A stretch of DNA of 64,000 bases, taken from the NCBI RefSeq assembly GCF_000181795.1, contig NW_003526943.1, forward strand, positions 2,613,666 to 2,677,665, written 5' to 3'. Below the pieces are notes generated by a model, which saw only the letters and a program-made list of their open reading frames with translations, did no database searches and had not been told where the DNA came from. Shown piece by piece: positions 53,100 to 64,000 of this stretch. How positions within the stretch are numbered: position 1 is the first letter of the stretch; each line of letters starts with the position of its first letter. This DNA is from Trichinella spiralis. Lineage: Eukaryota. A program made the translations under genes and the position numbers.

Positions 53100-54420
53100 C
53101 AGGAGCACCGTTACAAATAATGTACAAGTCACGTAATAAAGCGCCCCCGTTGGCATATCCAACAACAACAACGCTAACAATGAGGACAAAACATTACCTC
53201 GTACTGAACGTTCCTACCATTGCTGACAGTTAAACTCAAGTACATTGCAGATGCTTATATGTGCCAGATTTACTTCTGTTTTGCGCCTGGTGTATCCTGC
53301 TCAAAATGTAACTAGCAGTGATCTTTAATGTACTGTACATGCTTACTCTCAACGTTTCCTGATAGACCTATACTACTCCTGCATCGGTATAAATGAGATG
53401 ACTGTAGCGCTATAAACTGTACTGTAGACACGTGTTATGTCAAACGTAAAGAGAGCATGAATATGCTTGCTTCACTCCATGCTGTTTCCATACCTCCGTA
53501 ACACATACACTATGGACTGCAAAGCTTTCAACAAATGAGGGAAACAGCCTGAAACCGTGCTCTTACAGTTTAACCATCTTCTCAAGGCTGCTACGAGAAA
53601 ATCATACTACGCAACTGTTCTCGCAAACTCGTTGACATCCATTAGAGTTTTGCCACTTAAAAGTGCACCACAGCAACTCACGTTAATCGAATCATCGATC
53701 TCCATTCACTGATAAACACCTGTTTCGTGAATAATGAAAAAGAGTTAATTTTGATAACACTGTCATTAAGCATCAGTGGACTCCATTCTAGAAGTTGACA
53801 TAACAAAGCGATGGTTATAGCTAATTCAAGAATCTGAATGCTAACTTCAATATGTTTCTATGGTGAGGGAATTCATGCAAGCGGTGATCATGTTTCTAAT
53901 TGTTGCTTTGAATTGTCATGTTGATAACATTCCTTCTCCACTGATAACACAGATTAAGTCCATTCTTAGTGTTTGGTATGCATTTCAGAAAGCTTCCCTT
54001 AATGACGCTTAATCAGTGTTATAGAGCGACAGACTCACCCGAGCCTTATTTCCCAGAATGCCTAAGCTGTACTCTAGTTTTTCTAATAGCAAAATGCTAT
54101 GTAGTTCTAAATTAGTTCTACTATTATTTAGTGATTTTAAGTAAGCTGTCGTTTATGAGTAGAGTCAACTTCACGGTCAGTACAAAGTTGGGCGGATGCG
54201 ACAATCTGCGTGCAATCAACAAATGTATTGCGGCAGTTAGTTGCATTAATGAACGCTGTACACCCAAAATGACCGCAGGGACATCACAATTGAGAGGTGG
54301 TGAAACAACCAAAATCGGCATTCTTTTTCGTTTAATGTCAGCATTAGAGACTGTGAGAAACGGACCCAAAACTACAGAATCTAATATTAGACTCTGCTCA
54401 AAAGAACAGAAATAAAAAAT
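53100..54420. mobile_element. Possible highly decayed retroelement fragment
   Basis: Locally higher GC and broken reading frames weakly resembling gag (YDFLVAALRRW). No diagnostic motif seen. Confidence 0.25.
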
Positions 54421-54939
54421 TAATTTCTACTAAAATTTTATGTGACTGAATATAACTTTTCTGTCTGCTGTTCAAGCCAAGCACTTAAAATGCATTGATA
54501 ATAAGTTCTTGTCGGTGAAATCATGCATAAAACAACTGAAGCAAATGAAAAGGCTTCACACAAAGTCACTGAAACCGCAAAAACGAAATATGAAAAATAA
54601 ACCCTGAAAACAACAATAGCAATGCGAGCTACTGTAAGTAAAATTTATGCTCAGATTTACTACCATTTTCTGGACAATACAGCAAAAATTTAAATTTTAT
54701 TATTTATTTGATAATGCACTTTCAACTTTGAACATTGAAAAATTATGATAAAGAGTAATGCCAAATAAGAAACATCATTACAAAATTAAAATTAGCTATG
54801 AATTATTAGAATGAATTGTGAATATGATAAAGAACAGAAACTGTTGGGTAAGAAGTAAGATAATAATAAAATCATTCAAAATGATGAAGCATTTTTCATG
54901 CATTCAGTAACATTAAAACAACAAAATTTATAAATACAA

Positions 54940-56616
54940 TTAGCACGTCCTTTTTAAATTTTCACTGAAAACAGTAAAGGTGGAATCATACTGTGACACT
55001 GGCAGACTGGAAATAATTGGAAGACTATTGAAAATAATTTCCATTTGACGTTCCCAAAACTGAGAATCCGCCTGCTGAATTTCGCCCACAAAGTCTTTAT
55101 AAAATGGATGGATTTCAAGTAGGCAATTAATGCATTGAAACGCTTTCCAAAGTTTGAACATCAAGATGCTATCATAATCATTTTCAGCGAATGCCATTAC
55201 TTTTAAAGTGTTATTTTCTTCATGTAGCAGCTGGATACGACATTCACAAATATTTTGTATCGCTTTTACAGTTAAGCTATTAGGACCGATTATTCTTTTT
55301 GCAACATCAAATGGGTAGTGCAAAGATGAATAAATCTTCGTAGCAAATGCGTTTTCAATTTCTCCAATTTGTACAGGTGGCGGAAGATGAAGAAAGTTCT
55401 GCAGCCGTGTCAATGTTAGCAAATTCTTCATGTGATAAAGCAAAATATTTTCTTCAAGTTTTTTAAACATATCTATTATACCTACAGTGATGAATGAATT
55501 CTTCTCATTTAATGGAGCATTCAACAAATCTGCGCCACATAAATTAACGGGAAAATGAACCTTCAGCATTTCAGCTCGAGTTGCATAGAATTTCAAATCT
55601 TTTAATTGAACTGCATTCACCATGTCTTCGTCAGAAGAAAACGATTTTAGCAGGCAATTAATGCATTCAAATGCTCTCCAAAGCTTGAATTTCACAATGC
55701 TTTCAAAATCACGCTCGACGAATACTTCGATTTGTAGCGCATTGACTTCTTTCCAACGCAGTCGGATGCGGCATTCACAAACTGTTTGAATCACTTTCAC
55801 AGTTAAACCACGAGGACCAATTATTCTGCCTGAAATATTAAATGGAAAGTCGAGAAGTGAATAGATCTTCTTAGCATATCCATTTGTAACTCTACCACTC
55901 GCTGCTGGTGATGGAATGCTGAAAATATCACGGAACATTGGCAATGCTAACAAGTTGCTCATGTGACTGGTCAGCATTTGCTTTTCCAATACTTTAAGCA
56001 TTTCCACTGAAAATCTTTTACCCACTGAGTAATGGTTACTTGAAACAGCACTTACATCATTTATATCAGAATGATAATGCTGCTGAATGATAAAGAATTT
56101 TATGATGATTTCAACCTGGCTTTCATAGAATTTGAAATCATCAGATTGAATTGCTTGCACCACATCTTTTCCTGACGGATCCATGCAAAGCAAACAATAA
56201 ATGAGCTGAAATGCTTTCCAAATTTTGAACTTCACAATGCTCTCGTAATCTGGTTCAACAAATATCTGGATTAGCAGTAAATTATATTTTATGAAATTCA
56301 ACTCGATGCTACATCCACATAATAGTTGAATAGCTTTCACAGTGCAACCACGCGGGCCAATTATTCTGCCTGTCATATTATACGGCAAACCTGCAGTTGA
56401 ATAGCGTGTTTCTGCGAACCCTTTCTTAATTTGTCCACTTGGTTCAGGCGTCGGAATCTGAATAATGTTCTGAATCATTGGCAATGCAAGCAACTTGTTC
56501 ACATGATGAAGCAGAATGTGTTCTTCAACATTAATTATCAGCTGTGTGATGAACTGCTCGGTGGAATCCTCATCGACTTGCTTTACTGTACTGCTTAGCT
56601 GACTTAACGAAGACAT
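54940..56616 (-). CDS. Intronless protein with three tandem STAR-type KH(-QUA2) modules
   Basis: Three ~178-aa repeats with YNMTGRIIGPRG.TVKAIQ..CGC, FNISGRIIGPRGLTVKVIQ..CEC, FDVAKRIIGPNSLTVKAIQ..CEC, matching STAR KH (NFVGRILGPRG). First ATG 56616; the ORF track starts at TTG 56667. TATATAAA ~65 nt upstream. Confidence 0.85.
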   Translation of the reverse strand: MSSLSQLSSTVKQVDEDSTEQFITQLIINVEEHILLHHVNKLLALPMIQNIIQIPTPEPSGQIKKGFAETRYSTAGLPYNMTGRIIGPRGCTVKAIQLLCGCSIELNFIKYNLLLIQIFVEPDYESIVKFKIWKAFQLIYCLLCMDPSGKDVVQAIQSDDFKFYESQVEIIIKFFIIQQHYHSDINDVSAVSSNHYSVGKRFSVEMLKVLEKQMLTSHMSNLLALPMFRDIFSIPSPAASGRVTNGYAKKIYSLLDFPFNISGRIIGPRGLTVKVIQTVCECRIRLRWKEVNALQIEVFVERDFESIVKFKLWRAFECINCLLKSFSSDEDMVNAVQLKDLKFYATRAEMLKVHFPVNLCGADLLNAPLNEKNSFITVGIIDMFKKLEENILLYHMKNLLTLTRLQNFLHLPPPVQIGEIENAFATKIYSSLHYPFDVAKRIIGPNSLTVKAIQNICECRIQLLHEENNTLKVMAFAENDYDSILMFKLWKAFQCINCLLEIHPFYKDFVGEIQQADSQFWERQMEIIFNSLPIISSLPVSQYDSTFTVFSENLKRTC

Positions 56617-57989
56617 ACTGCTGTTGTGATAATTGAAGGAATGAGAAAATGAGCTTTGTGACTTCAATCAACCTATTTTATATATCTATGGCCCAACTTT
56701 AAACTGCTGCTTTTAAAGTAAATGCATAAAGTTGAGTTTTGTTTAAAGTGTTATGGTTTAAAGCGTAGGTCATTCTTAGATGTCATTATAATTGAAAATT
56801 TTCTAAAAAATTGCTTATTTAAAATATTCCTACCGCAAATTGAAAAACACATATGCTGCAGTTTTATTTGTAAAACGTTCTTTAACTTAATTATTATAAT
56901 ATATTTAAGTTATGATGTTCAAGATAGAGTGGTTTTATTGAGCTTCGTGTGATGCCCACGCTGAATTTATATAAAAATTAGGCTACTTTTCTATTTTTAT
57001 AGCAAGCAATCTAAATACCATTAGAATGAACCATTTATGTTAATGTTAATTTAACTTTTCAAATTTATATCTTCAAAGAAGCCATTTTTCAGTTAGAGGA
57101 AAAATAATTTTTATTTAACTGACCTGCATCATACTTATATTTGTTTTATAATTTTAAAGCAATGTAAAAAATTAGTTAATAATTTGTTTTTCTTATGAAT
57201 TTTCTTCGTTTTTCATGGTATAAATCAAAAGGTACTTCAAAAGATGATTGTTTGAAACATCGTTGCATATATCATTAACTTCACCAGTATAAGAATATAA
57301 CTTTATTTATATTTTGTTCAATTTTTCTTTTATCATTTAATGCAATGATCTCTTCTAAAAGTAGCTGTTCAGTAGATAAAAATATGGCAGTAAAAAATGA
57401 CAAACCTGAAATCATGATTACTATGGATGCTAGAAATTCTTTTTTTAATTTTCCACACAGCGCACTCATGATTCTTATAAACAGTTTTTATTAAGTTAAT
57501 TAGCCTCAACATAATTGATAATGAAGTTAGAATCTCTGTTGTAATGTAAGATATCTATATGTACCTTTTCATTTACATAATTTTCTGCTTTGCATGTATA
57601 TATATATATATATTTGTAAAATATAAATGTGATAAGCAAATAACATCCATTTTATTTTTAAAAGTGATTGAAAAGTAGTTTACTGATTTACTGACTAGCA
57701 ATTAAATACTTCTACTTAATCTACCTTTATTTTTTGATAGATATGTTGAATATTCATCTTAAAATTTTAAATTTATCATTGCCATGATTGGAAACTTTGC
57801 ATTATTGAAGCAATACAATAAACCTTTCTGTGATATTTAATTTTATTCAAAGAATAATTTAAAATGATGATCTAATTCTGTATTATATGATGGGAACTTT
57901 CAAATAATTTGTTTCTAAAATTAACGGAACGTTTTCTCTAAGTCTGCTTGAAGGAAAAACCAGAAATAATAAAAACATGGTGAGATGTC

Positions 57990-59037
57990 TAGCAATTGCA
58001 CTTGTAGAGAAGGCCTACTCTCTAAACAGCATATATCAAAGAGTTCAAATGTATGCCCTTGTGCTCAGCTGACCTTTCTAAAATGATCTTGTGTTTCCTC
58101 AAAGGTAGTGACTGATGGTATTACGCTGTGGCTGGAAGATACTACAGTTCTCATTCAGATGAACTTTGATCTTCTACCACTTCTAACCAGTGGATATCCA
58201 AACGGGCGATTAACGAATTTGTGTTTTGTTTGACTTCACCCATGCGTCTTCTCAAGCTTTTCATGAACTATAAAATGAGTCATAATGCAACACTGCTTTT
58301 ACATAATTGCACGGACAATGCCTCAAGCCATAGCCACTTAATAATGGGCATCTCTAAATATGATAGGTCTTTGGACTTCTTAATAATCACACCTCGCATA
58401 ATCAAATCATAAAGTTGAACTCAATTTCCAAACTCTGAATCTTCCAATGCTTTTTCAACAACTCCCCTCACACGTCTTATTACGTAAGCATTAAATAAGT
58501 GATTTTTTATGCGTAGACATAGGATGGACAGCAAATAATCCGTGTAGATGCTGTGAGTATGGCTACATGGTCATGACGCTGATCACTTATAATGAGCTGC
58601 TGATGTATTCATGAGTGTCGTTTATTCAAATGAGAAAATTACTCAACTGATTGTGTATTTAAGGCGTGTCTAGTTAATGGAACAATTGGAAATATATATA
58701 CGCGCGCAGTATACAAATAGAAGATATAATTGAATAGTGCGCATAATGACGGCCGCACATGCCATTACTCAGCTAAAACTCTTTTCTGTCCTCGCTGAAA
58801 CTCCTTCTTCTTTCCTCTTATATATACTAGATCGTGAAACTGTGAACGCAGGGCAAGTTCAGTTTCAAGAAAAAACATCGAATTAGCCCTCTAGTTTTTC
58901 ACTTGTGCACAGGTCCTTTCCAATGCACGACAGATGCCATTACATCAGTATCCGTCAGTTATGCGTACCCCAACGTCAGCTCAAGTGGAGCAGCTTGTCT
59001 GACTGGAAGCAAACAATTTTCTTTTTTACATTCTACA
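57990..59037 (-). mobile_element. Possible decayed LTR plus adjacent internal sequence
   Basis: The minus strand begins TGTAGAATG (59037), with TATATAA (~58820) and AATAAA (~58623), then broken GC-richer sequence. No partner LTR found. Confidence 0.3.
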
Positions 59038-60474
59038 TATCTGTTCTTGAATTATCAATAGTAGCTGCTATGCTAGTAAACAAATATAATCGTAATGAAT
59101 TTCATAATAAAAATATAAAAGAATATTTTACATAATATTATTCTATATACTTTTTCATTTCGTAATTTTCATTTCTTAGCTTACAAAGCAAAGTTAGTTG
59201 CAAATGAGTAAGTAGTCGGAAAATGTAAAATGTTGTGCAAAATGTTTAAAATTGCCAATAATATACTTAGAATTAAAAACAAAAAATAAAATAATTGCAA
59301 TAGGATACTTTTATTTTATTTGTTTTGCATTTGTCTGTTATATTGTACATTTATGTTATTTGTGGTAACGAATCAGCGACTGTTTTTTTCTTTATATTGC
59401 AGCAAAATTGAATATGGCAGTCAGACGACAAACGTTGGATCAACTGAGCATACGTTTGTTTGACAGTTCACCTTTTATTTATTTTATGAAGTGGGCATTT
59501 AAATAATACCGTCATTTCATTTTTTTGAAGTTTCGACTTTTTTTATAGTCATTTATGGAAATAATAATTGTTAGCAAAACAAAAGCATTAGAATTTGCAC
59601 AGTCAACAGTAAATCGGTTAAAATGCACTGAAAGTTCATTTGGCATATGAAGTAAACACTGAAAATTTATCTACTTTGTAGCAAAAAATATTTGTTTAAA
59701 TAATAATTGCATAAATAAATAATTTTTTTTATAATTTTGAAAGCAACAATTTTCAAATGTCTAGACGGCTTCAGCAAACATACGTCAGAAGAATAAGACT
59801 TCAGTTGGATTCTATTTAAGCAACTATGAAGAGAGGATTTTTTTGTGAAACATGGCTTCTGCAGTTTTTGTGATTTTACTGGCTTTCTTGGCATTTTATC
59901 CTGCTGATGCTCATTCTTTGAGTGAGGCATCGTTGGTATGATCATTCAGAATTTGAAATTATAATTGAAATTCAGATTTTAGCCCAATCTTTTTTAATAT
60001 ATTACTTTAAGAAGCAGATATTAAAAATCAAAAGCATAATTAATTATTATATTAGAGAAAAGCGACAAAAGTTTACTTTAAACGCTGCTGTCATTAATAT
60101 ATTACAAACATTGTTTCAAATTTCAAAAAAAGTTCACTTTATTTCAGTAATGCCATTTTATGCAAATATTCCACATTTAAACTTTTTCAACGACTGACCA
60201 GTTAAGTAAAGTTGAATTTTAAGCAATTTAAACAGTTCAAGAAATAAGCACATGTATTAATTTCAAGTGAATGTTTTCATTTAAATTCATTTCTTATTAT
60301 GCTTCGTTATTGCAGATGTTTTTCTTTATTTTACAATTGAAATCAAAATCTCATTTAAAACTTAAATCAACTTAAAATCTGTTACTTAACTTAAAACTCA
60401 TATAACGCTAAAAAAGCAAGCTGTTTTGACAACTACTTTTGATTTAATTTAGCTAATTTTGAATTATTCTGCAG

Positions 60475-60677
60475 AATTCTGTTATTTGTGATAGCTATTT
60501 TTGGCAGATAAAAATTAACATGGTACAATATTAATTAGTTGTAATATTTTTTCATCAATGTTTTAGGATACAAAACTGCTTGAAGACTGTATGACGAAAG
60601 ATCATTTGGAGCAGTATTTGAATAAACCAGAAGTAAATTTATTTGCAAAACTGACCAAATGTCTGGAAAGCAGATAA
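60475..60677 (+). pseudogene. Distant relative of the secreted two-Cys peptide family (pseudogene or incomplete model)
   Basis: Phase-0 exon 60567-60677 DTKLLEDCMTKDHLEQYLNKPEVNLFAKLTKCLESR* echoes EIRLMDEC..HL..LIDACVEER. Upstream DNA resembles the family's upstream region. No intact ATG/signal exon found. Confidence 0.45.
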
Positions 60678-61589
60678 AGGTATACTGGATATTTTTGTAT
60701 TTAATTTTGCATTTATCGCATTACCTTCAAAAGTATGTTTCTTTGCTTTTATTGTGCTTTATTTTTAGATAGTCGTACTTTATTTCGAAAAAGAGGAATG
60801 AATACTTGGCAATATTACTGACGTTGTTTGTATTGTGTTGCGAAATATTTGAAACTGCTAATAAAGGTTCAATTGCAAACCCAGCATCTAAATAAATTGT
60901 TGTCTTTCCAATTATTTTCCAAATATGTTTTCCAATTATTAATTCATAAAATAAAAATTTATAACAATTGAAAAATGTGTAAGTTCTAATAATGAATATA
61001 ATAAATAAATAAATAAATATGATATAATATGATATGCTCAAACAGAAATTCAGATTTTTTTCTAAATTTCCAAAATATGACCGTTATTAATGTGAATTTT
61101 CTATGCACTGAAAAATTGTACAATAATGCGACGATAAAGAAAAAAAATAATTTTGCTGTCTTAAAAATAGAAATAATTTTGTTGAATTTTTAAAGCTAAA
61201 AAGCTTTTCATTTACAAAGTAAAAATATAATTAAATATATCCAAGAAAAATATTTAAGTTTCAGTGTTCATAAATATCTTGCTTTGAAATAATACTTTAA
61301 ACAAGCATAAAATAACTTTAATTTTTTAAATGAAAAAATAACAGAATACAATGATTGACAATAGTTGAGAGTAATAAAAATGCTGCAATAAACGCGTACG
61401 TTTGTTAGCAATAAGTATGTAAGTGAGTTTGATTAATTCTTAGTATCTTTATGTATTCCAAAGTTATTATGTGCTACAGCACAAACTTTTATTTAATTGT
61501 CACTCATCTTCAAAGCATATTATAAGCACTAATAACAAATATACTAAATGTCACTTATTAAGTTTGATTTCAAAAATTCGAGAAAAAAT

Positions 61590-61662
61590 CGAGCGCGGCA
61601 GGATTCGAACCTGCAATCTTCGGTTCCGTAGACCGACGCGTTATCCGTTGCGCCACGCGCCC
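61590..61662 (-). tRNA. tRNA-Arg (anticodon ACG)
   Basis: Reverse complement GGGCGCGTGGCGCAACGGATAACGCGTCGGTCTACGGAACCGAAGATTGCAGGTTCGAATCCTGCCGCGCTCG, followed by a T6 Pol III terminator. Confidence 0.96.
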
Positions 61663-62728
61663 TGCGATTGCTTATTTTCAATAATTATTTATGTAGTTTA
61701 AAGTTTATATGTAATTAAAACACTTCATCACATCTTATCAACTGTCTGCTCTAACCAACGACTCACTTTTATTATTTTTTTATAAATTTATTATATCTGC
61801 ACCTTAAATAAAATATAATTTAAAAAATACTCTGAAAAGGTTGATTGATTAGTATAAATTTTCAAATTATTAATCAAAAACAGAAAACAGCATTTAAAAT
61901 TTATTATTAGCTCATACATCAGTAATTCATTCATTTTATGAAGTTTTGATCCTTTTTTCTTACAACTGTACATTCAAAGCAGCAATTTAATTAAATTTTG
62001 TGGCAAAAAAGTAATAACATTTCACTGTAAGGTAAAACATTTATTTGCACTGAAAATTAATTGAAAAGTGAACAACATCTTTTTTTTGAGTTTCAATACT
62101 TTTTCAATTTATTAACATATTGTTTGACAGTAAAAATTGCAAGCGTTTAACAATTAAGTGCCAATGCTATGTCAGAATTAAACATTTTTTCTGAAACAGC
62201 AATATCATCGCATATTACAAATTTTATTTTGAAATTACCGCATCTTCACTGCCCTACTTCATCAGCTGGAAAATCTGCATATTTAATTTCCTCCCTCAAT
62301 AATTACAGATATGCAAGGGTGAATTGAATAAATCAACAGCTGCAATTTAAAATTTTTTGCTACATTCAAAGTTACATACGAAACCAGAGTTGATATTGAT
62401 TTAAAGTTTTCACTACATAACTATGCTGAAAAGAAAATTTCATGTTCTGAGTTTGTTTTAAATTATAACTAGTGAATTTGCATTATGCTCAACTGTTACT
62501 TGATTCAGTACTGTTCGTATGCTGAATTGGAAAAACATCGAAATATGATTTTACAGTTCACATTGATACAGTTTGCTGAGTTAAAAATACTTTAAGAAAA
62601 CTGCATAAAACGCTTTCAAATTAGATAAATCATCTTCGGCACTGTTGCATAAAAACAACTGTAATCATTATTTTAACTTTATTATATGAAGAAATCAATC
62701 AGTATTTCTATGTTTTTTCAGCTTTCTA

Positions 62729-63721
<993 letters not shown>

Positions 63722-64000
63722 GATGCTAAAATGTGATTTAAAGTTATTAATTATTCAACAAAAAATTAAAACTGAATTATCAAGTTAAGTTAAAAAGTAA
63801 AATAATCTGTCCTTTCGACAGAAACTTCTAAGCATAAAACGGAAAACAGAATTAAAGAACATTCCAAATTGGAGTTTCGTTTCAAACTGGAATGCATGGA
63901 AATTACTTAAAAGAAGCTGGATAAGAATAATAATGTAATTGTAACAATGCATTCTTTATAAAATATTTTCTCCACACAGACTAATGCACAACTTTCAACA

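Noticed and set aside
53100..59037. Single LTR element that captured the triple-STAR gene
   Set aside because: The two flanking GC-richer blocks do not match each other as LTRs, and no target-site duplication was seen.
59667..59945. 92-aa minus-strand ORF
   Set aside because: No motif or splice support, and it runs into AT-rich low-complexity sequence.

Overview
AT-rich eukaryotic genomic DNA with many short (~45-100 nt) GT-AG introns. It is most consistent with a clade I nematode, probably Trichinella (inference from intron size, composition and the FLYWCH-MULE remnants). Housekeeping genes: COG7, UFD1, ARPC5, ORMDL, RMND5, DAG lipase, DDRGK1, PLCXD, PI synthase, WDR24, MPC1, RPL7A, SPT4 and NAC-alpha, plus two tRNA-Arg genes and several decayed DNA transposons (MULE/FLYWCH, hAT-Buster, pogo/Tigger, a MITE). 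Three things stand out. (1) A tandem array at 31-44 kb, missed by the ORF track, holds three 3-exon genes for ~70-aa secreted two-cysteine peptides ending in a Gly-Arg-Arg amidation-type signal, with signs of fast exon evolution, gene conversion and a possible distant fourth member at 60.5 kb. (2) An intronless gene carries three tandem STAR (KH-QUA2) modules. (3) PI synthase, PI-PLC-X and DAG lipase, which could act consecutively from PI to DAG to 2-acylglycerol, lie within ~10 kb. All exon models were read by eye.
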